Shown here piece after piece: positions 40,467-50,817 of a stretch of 64,000 nucleotides of DNA. Position numbers and translations under genes: made by a program. Source of the DNA: Ignavibacteriota bacterium (GTDB lineage: Bacteria; Bacteroidota; Ignavibacteria; UBA10030; SZUA-254); assembly GCA_025358305.1 (NCBI GenBank), contig JANYJZ010000018.1, forward strand, positions 19,403-83,402, in the 5' to 3' direction. Under the pieces are notes generated by a model, which saw only the letters and a program-made list of their open reading frames with translations, did no database searches and was not told the origin of the DNA. Every line of letters starts with the position of its first letter. Within the stretch, counting starts at the first letter, position 1.

Positions 40467-42380
40467 TTACTTGTAGCTGCGCTGCGAGGGTTTCACATCC
40501 TCGAACGCGAGCGGCTCCTTGTGGAGCTCGGGCGGTGCGCCCTGTCCCTTGAACTCCCAGGCGGAGACGTAGGAGAACTTCTCGTCGTTGCGCTTTGCTT
40601 CCCCTTCCGGGGTCTGATACTCCTCCCGGAAATGCCCGCCGCAGGATTCCTCGCGCTGGAGCGCATCGCGCACCATGAGTTCGGCGAGTTCCATAAAATC
40701 GGCGACGCGGCCCGCCTTCTCGACCTCCGCATTGAAGTCCTCCGCGCTGCCCGGGACGCGTACGTCCTTCCAGAACTCGCTCCGTAACTCAGGTATGAGC
40801 GTGAGGGCCTTCGTAAGGCCGGCGGCGGTGCGTCCCATGCCGCAGAACTCCCACATGATCTTCCCGAGCCGCTTGTGGAACTCGTCGACGGTCTGTTTTC
40901 CGTTGACGGCGAGAAGCCGCTTCGTGAGGTCTGCGGCGCCTGCAAGCGCTTCTTTGAACGCCGGGTGGTCCGGCGTCACCGGAGGGAATGAAGTCGTGGC
41001 GAGGTAGTCGCCGACGGTGTAGGGGATGATAAAATATCCGTCGGCGAGCCCCTGCATGAGCGCACTCGCGCCGAGACGGTTTGCTCCGTGGTCGGAAAAG
41101 TTCGCCTCGCCGAGGACATATGTCCCCGGGATCGTGCTCATGAGGTTGTAATCGACCCAGAGCCCACCCATGGTGTAGTGGACGGCCGGGTAGATCCGCA
41201 TCGGGACCTCGTAGGCGTTCTCTGCGGTGATCTCGTGATACATGTCGAATAGGTTGCCATATTGCTGCTTCACCCACTCCTTGCCGTTGCGCTTGATCGT
41301 GTCGCTGAAATCGAGGTAGACCGCGAGACCCGTCGAACCGACGCCGTGCCCCTTGTCGCACATTTCCTTCGCACGGCGCGAAGCGACGTCTCGAGGAACG
41401 AGGTTGCCGAAGGAGGGGTAGAGCCGTTCGAGGTAATAATCGCGCTCGTCCTCGGGGATCTCCCGGGGATTACGCTTGTCGCCCGCCTTCTTCGGGACCC
41501 AGATGCGCCCGTCGTTCCGCAGGCTCTCGCTCATGAGAGTGAGTTTCGACTGGTGTTCGCTCGAAACGGGGATGCAGGTCGGGTGGATCTGCGTGAAACA
41601 GGGGTTGCCGAAGAACGCTCCGCGCTTGTATGCGCGCCAGATGGCCGTCGCGTTGCATTGTTTCGCGTTCGTCGAGAGGTAGAACACGTTCCCGTAACCG
41701 CCGGTCGCCAAGATCACGGCGTCGGCGACGTAGGTCTCGAGGGCTCCCGTGATGAGGTTCCGAGCAACGATGCCCCGAGCGTGACCGTCGACAAGGACAA
41801 GGTCGACCATCTCGCGCCGGGGATAGAACTTCACTTTCTTACCGTCGATCTCCTTCGAGAGGGCCTGATACGCCCCGAGGAGAAGCTGTTGGCCGGTCTG
41901 GCCTCTGGCGTAGAACGTCCGCGAGACTTGCGCACCGCCAAAGGAGCGGTTGTCGAGGAGCCCGCCGTATTCGCGCGCGAACGGGACGCCTTGGGCGACG
42001 CACTGATCGATGATACTGCCGCTCACCTGTGCGAGGCGATAGACGTTCGCTTCCCGCGCACGGTAGTCGCCCCCCTTCACGGTGTCGTAGAAGAGCCTCC
42101 AGATGCTGTCGCCGTCGTTCTTGTAGTTCTTCGGCGCGTTGATGCCGCCCTGTGCGGCGATGCTGTGTGCGCGCCGCGGAGACTCGTGGTAGCAGATCGA
42201 GGTGACGTTGTAGCCGAGTTCGGCGAGAGAGGCCGCCGCCGAGGCGCCCGCGAGCCCGGTGCCGACGACGATGACGTGGTACTTCCGTTTGTTCGCGGGG
42301 TTGACGAGCTTCAGGCCGAAGCGGTGGTTGTCCCACTTCTCTTGGACGGGTCCGGCCGGTATCTTCGATTGTAGGGTCAT
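40467..42380 (-). CDS. sdhA: Succinate dehydrogenase / fumarate reductase flavoprotein subunit.
   Basis: The start was re-anchored to ATG 42380 ([16 protein letters not shown]...). FAD-binding motif [14 protein letters not shown]. Covalent-FAD histidine region [10 protein letters not shown]. Active-site motif HYTMGG. The 114-codon N-extension in the track is rejected. Confidence 0.9.
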   Translation of the reverse strand: MTLQSKIPAGPVQEKWDNHRFGLKLVNPANKRKYHVIVVGTGLAGASAAASLAELGYNVTSICYHESPRRAHSIAAQGGINAPKNYKNDGDSIWRLFYDTVKGGDYRAREANVYRLAQVSGSIIDQCVAQGVPFAREYGGLLDNRSFGGAQVSRTFYARGQTGQQLLLGAYQALSKEIDGKKVKFYPRREMVDLVLVDGHARGIVARNLITGALETYVADAVILATGGYGNVFYLSTNAKQCNATAIWRAYKRGAFFGNPCFTQIHPTCIPVSSEHQSKLTLMSESLRNDGRIWVPKKAGDKRNPREIPEDERDYYLERLYPSFGNLVPRDVASRRAKEMCDKGHGVGSTGLAVYLDFSDTIKRNGKEWVKQQYGNLFDMYHEITAENAYEVPMRIYPAVHYTMGGLWVDYNLMSTIPGTYVLGEANFSDHGANRLGASALMQGLADGYFIIPYTVGDYLATTSFPPVTPDHPAFKEALAGAADLTKRLLAVNGKQTVDEFHKRLGKIMWEFCGMGRTAAGLTKALTLIPELRSEFWKDVRVPGSAEDFNAEVEKAGRVADFMELAELMVRDALQREESCGGHFREEYQTPEGEAKRNDEKFSYVSAWEFKGQGAPPELHKEPLAFEDVKPSQRSYK

Positions 42381-43033
42381 GGGTTTATCAGGAAATAGAC
42401 GGGCATGGAGATGAAACCGAGCGGGATGAGGAGCCAGAAGACCATACCCGCCAAGTGAATGAGGGGCGCATACTTCTGCTTCTTGATCCCGAATGTCTGA
42501 AACGCCGACTGGAAGCCGTGGCGCAGGTGGAACGCGAGGAGCGCGATCGCGACGATGTAGAACGCGCAGTACACCGGGTCCGAGAAGGCCGCGCGTACGA
42601 GCTGGTACATGGACGGATTCTCCGCGGCGTAGAACCGCGAGGCGACCCAGAACGTCCGCAAGTGGACGACAAGAAAGATGAACACGATGCTCCCGGTGAG
42701 GAACATCGTGCGCGACATCCACGTGCTGTTCTCCGACACGTCGTTCCGGACGTACTTTTCCGGCCGGGCGCCCCTGTTCGTCAGCCAGGTGATCGTCCCC
42801 GTGACGAGATGGAGGATGAACCCGGCGAACAGGACGATCTCCATCGTGCGGATAAAGAGGTTCGTCGACATGAACATGCCGTACGCGTCGAACGCGGCGC
42901 CGCCGTCATGCTTGAAGAGGAGAAAGTTCCCGCTGAGGTGGACGACGAGGAAGCTGCAGAGAAAGAGGCCCGTCAGGCCCATGACAAACTTCTTGCCGAC
43001 GGAGGAATGATACAAGGTAGCGAACAGTCCCAT
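42377..43033 (-). CDS. sdhC: Succinate dehydrogenase cytochrome b subunit (b558 family, 5-TM).
   Basis: The start was re-anchored to ATG 43033 ([23 protein letters not shown]...). Five TM helices with conserved His residues. It overlaps sdhA by 4 nt. Confidence 0.8.
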   Translation of the reverse strand: MGLFATLYHSSVGKKFVMGLTGLFLCSFLVVHLSGNFLLFKHDGGAAFDAYGMFMSTNLFIRTMEIVLFAGFILHLVTGTITWLTNRGARPEKYVRNDVSENSTWMSRTMFLTGSIVFIFLVVHLRTFWVASRFYAAENPSMYQLVRAAFSDPVYCAFYIVAIALLAFHLRHGFQSAFQTFGIKKQKYAPLIHLAGMVFWLLIPLGFISMPVYFLINP

Positions 43034-43158
43034 GGATGCTCTTCTGAAGGAAGTAGTCAGTGTACCGATTACGGCGTTCAATGTAGGAAACACGGCGCAA
43101 AGAAGCAAGGAAAGCGCGCGGGCGGAGGCGCGCATACTCGCGTGAAAATCGGACCGGC

Positions 43159-44037
43159 TTATCCGGCAACGGCGTCGCTGATGAACCTCCGGACGGAGAT
43201 GAGGCTCCCGAGGAGTCCCAGGGCCGTTCCGGCGAGCGTCATGAGCCCGTAGAACGAAAGTTCGGCGCGGAGGAACTCCGCGAGCTCGCCGGAGATCATT
43301 CCCGTGACGAATGTGAGAAGATAGTACATGAGGAGTGCGGCGAGCATCCCCCCGAGGAGGCCCTGGATGACCCCTTCCAAGATGAACGGCGACCGAATGA
43401 ACCACCGGGAGGCGCCGACGAGCTTCATTGTCTGGACCGAACGACGCTTCGCGTCGATGGCGAGCCGGATCGTGTTCGACACCAGAATGATGGCGGAAAT
43501 GGCGATGAGGATGCCGAGGCCGAGCCCGCCGAGGGAAAGCGCCCGGGACTGCTTTTCGATGAATTGGAGCATATCCTTACGGAAGATGTCCGACTGTACG
43601 CCGTCGATCGCGAGAATGCGTTCGTGGAGCTCTTCCGCTTTCACCGTGTTCCGGTACTCCGGCTTCAGAAAGATCTTGAACGAGGGAGGTAAGGGGTTGA
43701 CGTCGAGAACGCTCATGATGTCCTCCCCGAACTCCTCGCGGAAGATCTTCGCCGCCGCCTCCTTCGAGACGAACTCAACATGGTCGACGCCGTCCAGGGC
43801 CGTGAGCGCCCGCTCGACGTCGGCGATCTTCGCCTTCGGCGCGGGTTCATCGAGGAACGCCTCCATCTCGACGCGCTCCCGGATGCTCCCGACGAGCCGC
43901 GATGTGTTGTCGGCGATGACGTAGAAGATCCCGAGGAACAACAGCGAGATCATGATCGTCATGATCGAGCTCAAGGCGGCGAACTTGGCGCGGTTGAAAC
44001 CGGAAAGGCTTTCCCGGACGACGTACATCAGGCTCAT
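43159..44037 (-). CDS. ftsX: Cell-division ABC-transporter permease-like protein FtsX.
   Basis: 292 aa. TM1, a periplasmic loop of about 100 aa, and three C-terminal TM helices, which is FtsX topology. There is no adjacent ftsE. Confidence 0.75.
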   Translation of the reverse strand: MSLMYVVRESLSGFNRAKFAALSSIMTIMISLLFLGIFYVIADNTSRLVGSIRERVEMEAFLDEPAPKAKIADVERALTALDGVDHVEFVSKEAAAKIFREEFGEDIMSVLDVNPLPPSFKIFLKPEYRNTVKAEELHERILAIDGVQSDIFRKDMLQFIEKQSRALSLGGLGLGILIAISAIILVSNTIRLAIDAKRRSVQTMKLVGASRWFIRSPFILEGVIQGLLGGMLAALLMYYLLTFVTGMISGELAEFLRAELSFYGLMTLAGTALGLLGSLISVRRFISDAVAG

Positions 44038-44079
44038 GGCCGTACCCCTCTCATCATGTTCGTTCCTGTCATAGTTCTC

Positions 44080-44580
44080 CTAATAGTTCGATTCATCCCG
44101 CCACCGGACGATCTTCCACGGATCGCTGATCGTCGGACGGACCAGGGTGAGGTTTGCGTAGCCGTCGATGCGCGTCACGTCGCTCGGATTGAACGTCACC
44201 GTGAGGTTGAATCCCCGTATGATCGTTCTCGCGGTGTCAGTCCCTTCGGACGAGAGCTCGTTGTTCCAGGTGAGCGTGAGGGTCTGGACGCTCTGGAACA
44301 GCCCGGACGACGTGCGCATCTCGTCCGTCCGGCCCCACGTGACGTCGACGCCGAGGTCGTAGTCGGTATAGATGAACGTGAAACCCGGGGCCAGGATCGA
44401 GCCGTAGAGCGTCGTGTCCTTGAACGCGTACGCGTTCCGAAACACGCAGAAGACGTCGTCGGTCTTCGTCAGGTCGGTGCAGACCTGCGAGGAGAGCTGC
44501 GTGTCGAGCTTCGGCGCGAACGGGTTGACGCACGAGAGTCCGGATGCGGCCAAGGCAAGGACGAGCGGCCAGAGAAGCAT
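44080..44580 (-). CDS. Hypothetical lipoprotein (paralogue B).
   Basis: The start was re-anchored to ATG 44580 (MLLWPLVLALAASGLSC, a lipobox). The C-terminal motif is DPWKIVRWRDESNY. Confidence 0.6.
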   Translation of the reverse strand: MLLWPLVLALAASGLSCVNPFAPKLDTQLSSQVCTDLTKTDDVFCVFRNAYAFKDTTLYGSILAPGFTFIYTDYDLGVDVTWGRTDEMRTSSGLFQSVQTLTLTWNNELSSEGTDTARTIIRGFNLTVTFNPSDVTRIDGYANLTLVRPTISDPWKIVRWRDESNY

Positions 44581-44591
44581 GCGGGCGCGGA

Positions 44592-45164
44592 TCACTTGTC
44601 GAACCAGAATTTTAGGTAGCTCCACGTTGAATCCGTCGTCGCCGGCAGACGGTTGTCCCGCCACTGGTCGATCCCCCAACGTCCCTGCGGGTCGATCGCG
44701 AGATGGAGCTGCATATTGCCCCGGACGAACTTCGGCGCAAAGGGGTCCTTGTGGGGGAAATAGAGCGAGTAGTTCACGTTGTAGGTCGAATCGGCATAGA
44801 ACGTCGTGTTCTGTATGGCGTTCGTCAGAAGCGGCGTCCCGTCGATCGTCGCCCCCATCGACCGGAAGTACCGGCGCTCGTCCTCGAGGGTCCAGACGGT
44901 GATGTTCGGCCGGAGGTCCTGCGACGGCACGAACGCGAACGGCCGGAATGTCGTGTCGATGAAGCAGCGCAGGTAGTTGTCCAGGTTGTTTTCGCGGATC
45001 GCGGACTGGAGGTTGTGGAGCACCGCGTCGGGCGTCACCGGCGGTTCGAATGTCGAGGTGGACTGCGTCGGGGGAGCGGGCTCGCGGGTCTGGAAGATGT
45101 CGCACCCCTGAACGGAGAGAAGGGCCAGTGTCGCGGCCAGGATCAGGGCGGGAGCGTGGGGCAT
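44592..45164 (-). CDS. Hypothetical lipoprotein (paralogue A).
   Basis: 190 aa. Lipobox LLSVQGC. The C-terminal motif GRWGIDQWRDNRL resembles paralogue B. Its ATG overlaps the recR stop (TGATG). Confidence 0.6.
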   Translation of the reverse strand: MPHAPALILAATLALLSVQGCDIFQTREPAPPTQSTSTFEPPVTPDAVLHNLQSAIRENNLDNYLRCFIDTTFRPFAFVPSQDLRPNITVWTLEDERRYFRSMGATIDGTPLLTNAIQNTTFYADSTYNVNYSLYFPHKDPFAPKFVRGNMQLHLAIDPQGRWGIDQWRDNRLPATTDSTWSYLKFWFDK

Positions 45165-45760
45165 CAGACGGCGACGCGCCCTTCGATGGCCCGGGAAAGT
45201 GTCGCCTCGTCGGCGAACTCAAGATCGCCGCCGATCGGGATGCCGCGGGCGAGCCGCGTCACGTCGACGCCGAGCGGCTTGAGGAGCCTGGTGAGATAGA
45301 TCGTCGTGGCTTCCCCCTCGATGTTCGGGTTCAAGGCGAGGATAACCTCGTGGACCTCCGGGGTGATCCGGACGAGGAGCTCCTTCACCTTCAGGTCCTC
45401 CGGGCCGATCCCCTCGAGCGGGGCAAGCGCGCCGCCCAGAACGTGGTAGTGCCCGCGGTAATCATTCGTCTTCTCGATGGCCATGACATCGTTCGGTTCT
45501 TCCACGACGCAGATGATGTTGGCGTCGCGCTTCGGGTTGGAGCAGACGGGGCAGGGATCCGTCTCCGTGAAGTTCCAGCACGTCGTGCAGTAGCGCATCT
45601 TCTCCTTGACGTTCATGAGCGCCGCCGCCATCGCTGCAACCTCCTCCTTCGGGAGCTTGAGGATGTAGAGGGCGAGGCGCTGCGCGGACTTCCTCCCAAT
45701 GCCGGGAAGTTGCGCGAACTCTTCGATCAATTCATGGAGCGAATCAGCGGTATAGAGCAT
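45164..45760 (-). CDS. recR: Recombination protein RecR.
   Basis: The start was re-anchored to ATG 45760 ([30 protein letters not shown], an HhH domain). C4 zinc finger [17 protein letters not shown] Toprim domain is present. Confidence 0.9.
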   Translation of the reverse strand: MLYTADSLHELIEEFAQLPGIGRKSAQRLALYILKLPKEEVAAMAAALMNVKEKMRYCTTCWNFTETDPCPVCSNPKRDANIICVVEEPNDVMAIEKTNDYRGHYHVLGGALAPLEGIGPEDLKVKELLVRITPEVHEVILALNPNIEGEATTIYLTRLLKPLGVDVTRLARGIPIGGDLEFADEATLSRAIEGRVAV

Positions 45761-45820
45761 GCATCCTGTCGTAATAGGTGGTTCAGCGAGGACCGTCGGC
45801 CGCACGTCGGGCCGCGCGGT

Positions 45821-46156
45821 TTAGAAACCGGGGAGGTTCATCCCCGGAATGTTCGGGATCATCCCGGCGGTGGCCTTGCTCATTTCGTCCTGGGCGAGCT
45901 TCTGCGATTCCTCGAGGGCCTTGTTCACGGCCGCGACGACGAGGTCTTCGAGCATCTCGGCGTCCTCGGGATTGATGACCTCCTTCTCGATCTGGATCTT
46001 CATGATCTGCTGCTTGCCGTTCGCGGTCACTTTTACCATGCCGCCCCCCGCTTCGGCCAAGACCATCTTCTGCTCGAGTTGCGATTGGACCATTGCCATC
46101 TTTTCCTGCATTTTCTGCATCTGTTTCATCATTCCCTGCATATTGGGCATGCCCAT
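45821..46156 (-). CDS. ybaB: Nucleoid-associated protein YbaB/EbfC.
   Basis: The start was chosen at ATG 46156 ([20 protein letters not shown]...), the typical YbaB N-terminus. It sits immediately upstream of recR. Confidence 0.8.
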   Translation of the reverse strand: MGMPNMQGMMKQMQKMQEKMAMVQSQLEQKMVLAEAGGGMVKVTANGKQQIMKIQIEKEVINPEDAEMLEDLVVAAVNKALEESQKLAQDEMSKATAGMIPNIPGMNLPGF

Positions 46157-46405
46157 ATTCACACCTTTCCTCGGACGGTTGACCACTTGTTCTGCGCCCG
46201 GCTTGGGGGCGGCAGTCGACAAAATTGAGAGAGACACGGAGGGCAATATATCTCTTTTCGTTCGGAAAATCAATAAACTTCATGGAAGAGGAAACGGCCG
46301 GAACTTCTTCATTCCCAACGGCGTACCAAAGGAAAGGGCCCTCCAAAAACCTTGACTTTCTACGCAAAATGAGTTACATTTTAGAATAAATTTGCGCCAT
46401 TTCTC

Positions 46406-47269
46406 TTGAATTCACCAGAATCTTCTGCCGCAGAGACCCGCGGCGTTCGCCGTGCGACCGGGGGCGATAAACGGCTTCAGGACGCGTTGCACGCGAGCGG
46501 TCCCATCCCGGTGCACATCGCCGTGATCATGGACGGGAACGGTCGCTGGGCGAAGAAGCGCGGGTTCCCGCGCATCGCCGGACACAATGAAGGCGTCGAA
46601 TCGGTCCGCGATACGGTCGAGGCGTGCGGACAACTCGGGGTGAAGCATCTGACGCTTTATGCGTTCTCGACGGAGAACTGGAAGCGCCCCCAAGAGGAGG
46701 TCTCCATGCTCATGCGCCTTCTCATGCGCGCCTTGCGCGACGAGACCGACAAGCTCCACGAGAACAACGTGAAGGTCGACACGATCGGCGACTTCCCAAC
46801 GCTCCCTATCGAGGTCCAAGATGAGCTCACCGACGCGATGACGAAGACGAAGCTCAATACGGGGCTTCATCTCCATCTCGCCCTGAGCTACAGTGGACGG
46901 TGGGACATCACCACGGCGATCAAGGCGATCGCAGAGGATGTCCGGCGAGGGACGCTCGCGCCGGAATCGATCGACGACCAGCTCGTCTCGCGCTACCTCG
47001 CGACGAAGAACGTCCCCGATCCCGACCTCCTCATCCGCACGAGCGGGGAATTTCGTATCAGCAATTTCCTTCTCTGGCAGCTTGCGTATTCCGAGATCTA
47101 CATCAGCACGTCGTGCTGGCCAGATTTCCGGCGGAAGGAGCTCTACGAGGCGATCACCGACTTTCAGCGCAGAGAACGACGCTACGGCATGGTGAGCGAA
47201 CAGCTCCAGCCGGGCAAACGCAAGCCCAACGCAGTCCAGCGATTTTTCAATAACGTTTCAGGGTCATAA
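46406..47269 (+). CDS. uppS: Isoprenyl transferase (undecaprenyl-diphosphate synthase).
   Basis: 287 aa. HIAVIMDGNGRWAK, FSTENWKRP and the C-terminal RYG are the cis-prenyltransferase signatures. Confidence 0.9.
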   Translation: MNSPESSAAETRGVRRATGGDKRLQDALHASGPIPVHIAVIMDGNGRWAKKRGFPRIAGHNEGVESVRDTVEACGQLGVKHLTLYAFSTENWKRPQEEVSMLMRLLMRALRDETDKLHENNVKVDTIGDFPTLPIEVQDELTDAMTKTKLNTGLHLHLALSYSGRWDITTAIKAIAEDVRRGTLAPESIDDQLVSRYLATKNVPDPDLLIRTSGEFRISNFLLWQLAYSEIYISTSCWPDFRRKELYEAITDFQRRERRYGMVSEQLQPGKRKPNAVQRFFNNVSGS

Positions 47270-47273
47270 CATC

Positions 47274-49658
47274 TTGCACCGCCTCGTTCTCCCCCTGTGT
47301 CTCTGCTGTCTGGTTTTCACGATCCCCGGCTTCTCGCAACAGCCCGTGTCGGAAACCCTCAAGATTCTCGGCATCTCCGTCGAAGGCATCCGGTCCGGTT
47401 CGGGAACCGACGAAGGCGCCGTCATCTCCAACACCGGATTGAAGACCGGCGACGAGATCACGATCCCGGGGGACAAGGTCCGCCAAGCCATCCAGCGTCT
47501 CTGGGCCTTGAGGATCTTCTCCGACGTGCAGATGCTCACCGAGAACCGGGTCGGCAACGGCGTCTACCTCTTGATCAAAGTAGCCGAATATCCGAGGATC
47601 CGGCACGTCGAGATCCACGGCGCGAACGACGTCGGCGAGGACGACATCCAGAAGAAGGTCGCCCTCATCGACGGCCAGGTCCTGGCACCCGAGGACCTGA
47701 GCCGGATCATCAAGAACGTCAAGACGCTCTACGAAGAGAAGAATCACCTCCTGGCGAAGGTGACGACCGAATCGGTCGTGGACGACACCGCCAAGGGGAA
47801 CGTCGTCACGCTGCGCGTGAACATCGAGGAAGGCCCGAGCGTCAGCATCGACCGGATCCACTTCCTCGGCAACACCGCGTTCAGCGAGGACGACCTCAAG
47901 GGCAAGCTCGACGACACGGGCGAAAAGACATGGTGGCATTTCTGGTCGAGTGCGGACTTCCACAAGGAGAAGTATGCGAAGGACAAGCAACGCGTCATCG
48001 ACTTCTACCGGAAGAACGGCTACATCGACGCCGAACTCGTCAGCGATTCCCTCGCCTACAGCCAGGACAAGAAGAAGCTGACGATCTTCATGACCGTCCA
48101 CGAAGGCGCACAATACAAGATCCGGCACATCACGTGGGAAGGAGGCATGGTGTACCGGCCCGAGGTGCTCGAGGAGCGGCTCCAGTGCCGCCCGGGAGAG
48201 GTCTATAACGCGGAGAAGTTCGAACAGAACCTGCGCGGCAACCCGGACCAGACCGACGTCGCATCGCTTTATCTCGACAACGGCTACCTCACGTTCGCCC
48301 TGGAACCAGACATCCGACGCGTCGCGCCGGACAGCCTCGATATTTCCATCAAGATCCTCGAACGCAACCAGTTCCGGGTCGGGAAGGTGGATATCAAGGG
48401 GAACACGAAGACGCAGGAGTTCGTCATCCGCAGGGAGCTCTTCACTCGGCCCGGGGACTTCTTCAATCGCTCCCAGATCATTCGGAGCCTCCGGCAGCTT
48501 TCCCAGCTGAACTACTTCAACCCCGAGCACATCCGCCCGGACTACCATATCAACGACGACGGCGAGACCGTCGACCTCGTCTATGAGGTCGAGGAGAAGT
48601 CGAGCGACAACGTCAACGCGTCGGTCGGGTACAGCCAGGCCTTCGGCGTCACGGGCTCCCTCGGCTTCACGATCAACAACTTTTCGATCGCCGAGCCGCT
48701 TGTCGGCGGCGCGGGGCAGCTCTTCAATTTCGAGTGGCAGTTTGGCGAGGGGGCGCGCTACCGCACCTTCTCCCTCAACTTCACCGAGCCCTGGCTCTAC
48801 GGCAAGCCCACGACCCTCGGCCTGAGCCTCTTCGACACGCGGCAGATCTACACGTACGACCTGCGCCAGACCGGCCTCTCGGCCCGCATCGGCCGGCGCC
48901 TGAACTGGCCCGACAACTATTTCCGCGCGGACTGGACGTTCCGGTTCCAGAACATCGACGTCCTCGACAACGGCGGCAACCCCTACATCCAGACGGGCAA
49001 GACGACGCAGTACAGCGTCACGCAGACGATCTCCCGGAACAGCACCGACAGCCCGATCTTCCCGGCGGACGGTTCGAGCATCTCGCTCTCCATGGAGATG
49101 TCCGGCGGCCCCCTCCTCCCCGGAAACGTCGACTACCATAAGTGGCTCTTCGACGCGGACTGGTACACGCCGCTCTTCGGCACGACGCGTCTCGTACTGT
49201 CAAGCGCCACCACCTTCGGCTACGTCGACGGGTTCAAAGCCACGTCGAACATCCCGCCGAATGAGAAGTTCTACATGGGCGGTACCGGCGTCGGCTACAT
49301 CGCGACGACGTCGCTGCGCGGCTACGAGGACCGGAGCGTCGGCCCGGTCAACAGCGCCGGCCAGGAACTCGGCGGCAACGTCGTGACGAAGCACACCCTG
49401 GAACTGCGCTTTGCGCTCGCCCTCAATCCGATCCCGATCTACCTCCTCACCTTCGCCGAAGGAGGCAATGTTTTCGCAGACTTTTCCCACGCGGACCTTT
49501 TCGACCTCAAAAGGTCGTACGGGTTCGGCGCGCGGCTCCTCATCAATCCGCTCGGTCTCATCGGCTTCGACTACGGCTACGGCGCGGACGACGTCTACCC
49601 GAAGGACGGCAAGCCCGACGGCTGGAAGTTCCACTTCCAGTTCGGCAGAGGTTTTTAA
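47274..49658 (+). CDS. bamA: Outer-membrane protein assembly factor BamA.
   Basis: 794 aa. A signal peptide, POTRA repeats, and a C-terminal Omp85 barrel ending ...FHFQFGRGF. Confidence 0.9.
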   Translation: MHRLVLPLCLCCLVFTIPGFSQQPVSETLKILGISVEGIRSGSGTDEGAVISNTGLKTGDEITIPGDKVRQAIQRLWALRIFSDVQMLTENRVGNGVYLLIKVAEYPRIRHVEIHGANDVGEDDIQKKVALIDGQVLAPEDLSRIIKNVKTLYEEKNHLLAKVTTESVVDDTAKGNVVTLRVNIEEGPSVSIDRIHFLGNTAFSEDDLKGKLDDTGEKTWWHFWSSADFHKEKYAKDKQRVIDFYRKNGYIDAELVSDSLAYSQDKKKLTIFMTVHEGAQYKIRHITWEGGMVYRPEVLEERLQCRPGEVYNAEKFEQNLRGNPDQTDVASLYLDNGYLTFALEPDIRRVAPDSLDISIKILERNQFRVGKVDIKGNTKTQEFVIRRELFTRPGDFFNRSQIIRSLRQLSQLNYFNPEHIRPDYHINDDGETVDLVYEVEEKSSDNVNASVGYSQAFGVTGSLGFTINNFSIAEPLVGGAGQLFNFEWQFGEGARYRTFSLNFTEPWLYGKPTTLGLSLFDTRQIYTYDLRQTGLSARIGRRLNWPDNYFRADWTFRFQNIDVLDNGGNPYIQTGKTTQYSVTQTISRNSTDSPIFPADGSSISLSMEMSGGPLLPGNVDYHKWLFDADWYTPLFGTTRLVLSSATTFGYVDGFKATSNIPPNEKFYMGGTGVGYIATTSLRGYEDRSVGPVNSAGQELGGNVVTKHTLELRFALALNPIPIYLLTFAEGGNVFADFSHADLFDLKRSYGFGARLLINPLGLIGFDYGYGADDVYPKDGKPDGWKFHFQFGRGF

Positions 49659-49664
49659 CTGAAC

Positions 49665-50246
49665 ATGCATCATTCCTATCTTCCACTATTCATCGAGGTC
49701 ACTGTGAAACGTACGATTTTCCTTATCTCACTCTTCACCCTTCTCCTGGCCGCCGGCGCCCGCCCCGTCATGGCGCAGTCGCCGAAGATCGGATTCGTCA
49801 ACTCGTCCAAGATCCTCTCGGAATTCCCCGAAGCGCAGCAAGCGAACAAGAAGCTCGACGCCATGGGTCGCCAGTGGCAGGCGGAGCTCGAGCGCATGAG
49901 CAAGGACCTCCAGGGGAAGTATGATGAATTCCAGAAGAAGGAAGCGCTCCTCAACGAGACCGAGAAACGCGCCCAGCGCGAGGACCTCGTGGCACTCGAA
50001 CAGCGCGGGATCCAGTACCGAACGCAGAAGTTCGGCAACGACGGCGAACTCGCCGTCGCGACGGACTCCCTCTTGACGCCCATCAAGCAGAAGGTCATCC
50101 GCATCATCGAGGAGATCGCCAAGAAGGAGAAGATCCAGTTCATCTTCGACCGGAACGACCAGATCCTCGTGCTTCTCTACGGCGAGCCGAAATTCGACTA
50201 CACGAACCTCGTCATCGACCGCCTCAAGCGCGGCGTGGACAAATGA
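49665..50246 (+). CDS. skp: OmpH/Skp-family periplasmic chaperone (copy 1).
   Basis: 193 aa. A signal peptide followed by a coiled-coil-rich body (KIGFVNSSKILSEFPEAQQANKKLD...). Confidence 0.8.
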   Translation: MHHSYLPLFIEVTVKRTIFLISLFTLLLAAGARPVMAQSPKIGFVNSSKILSEFPEAQQANKKLDAMGRQWQAELERMSKDLQGKYDEFQKKEALLNETEKRAQREDLVALEQRGIQYRTQKFGNDGELAVATDSLLTPIKQKVIRIIEEIAKKEKIQFIFDRNDQILVLLYGEPKFDYTNLVIDRLKRGVDK

Positions 50247-50278
50247 CGCTCACTGCATCCGTCAAAGGAACCGCACAT

Positions 50279-50809
50279 ATGAAAACATCCCTCGCACTCG
50301 CCGCTGTCTGCATGCTCCTCTGCTGCACGGCAGTCTCCGTCCAGGCCCAGGCCAAGATCGGCTGGGTGAACTCCGCAGCGATCATGGAGAAGCTCCCGGA
50401 GGCCCAGGACGCCCAGCACCAGATCGACAAGCTCGTGGCCGACTGGCAGGAAGAGCTCGCCAAGATGCAGAACGACTGGCAGAAGAAGTACGAAGAGTAC
50501 GACAAGAAGAAGCTCATCATGACCGACCAGCTCCGGGCGCAGTCCGAGCGGGACCTTCAGGAGCTCGAGAAGAAGATCGCGGACTTCCGCACGAAGAAGT
50601 TCGGGCAGTCGGGCGAGCTCTTCAACAAGCAGAACGAACTCATGAAGCCACTCCAGAACAAGGTCTTCAAGGTCATCCAGGACCTCGCGAAGGAGAATGA
50701 CTACGACTACGTCTTCGACAAGAGCGGCGACATCCTCCTGCTCTACACGAACGACAAATTCGACCTCACCGCCAAGGTCTTAGAGCGGATCACCACGTTC
50801 AACAAGTGA
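50279..50809 (+). CDS. skp: OmpH/Skp-family periplasmic chaperone (copy 2).
   Basis: The start was re-anchored to ATG 50279 (MKTSLALAAVCMLLCCTAVSVQA). It is paralogous to copy 1 (KIGWVNSAAIMEKLPEAQDAQHQIDKL...). Confidence 0.8.
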   Translation: MKTSLALAAVCMLLCCTAVSVQAQAKIGWVNSAAIMEKLPEAQDAQHQIDKLVADWQEELAKMQNDWQKKYEEYDKKKLIMTDQLRAQSERDLQELEKKIADFRTKKFGQSGELFNKQNELMKPLQNKVFKVIQDLAKENDYDYVFDKSGDILLLYTNDKFDLTAKVLERITTFNK

Positions 50810-50817
50810 CCTGACGC

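Noticed and set aside
45783-46367. 194-aa ORF overlapping ybaB in another frame.
   Set aside because: The YbaB frame (45821..46156) gives the conserved MxxMMKQxQxMQEKM N-terminus. The overlapping frame is Arg/Gly-rich with no features.
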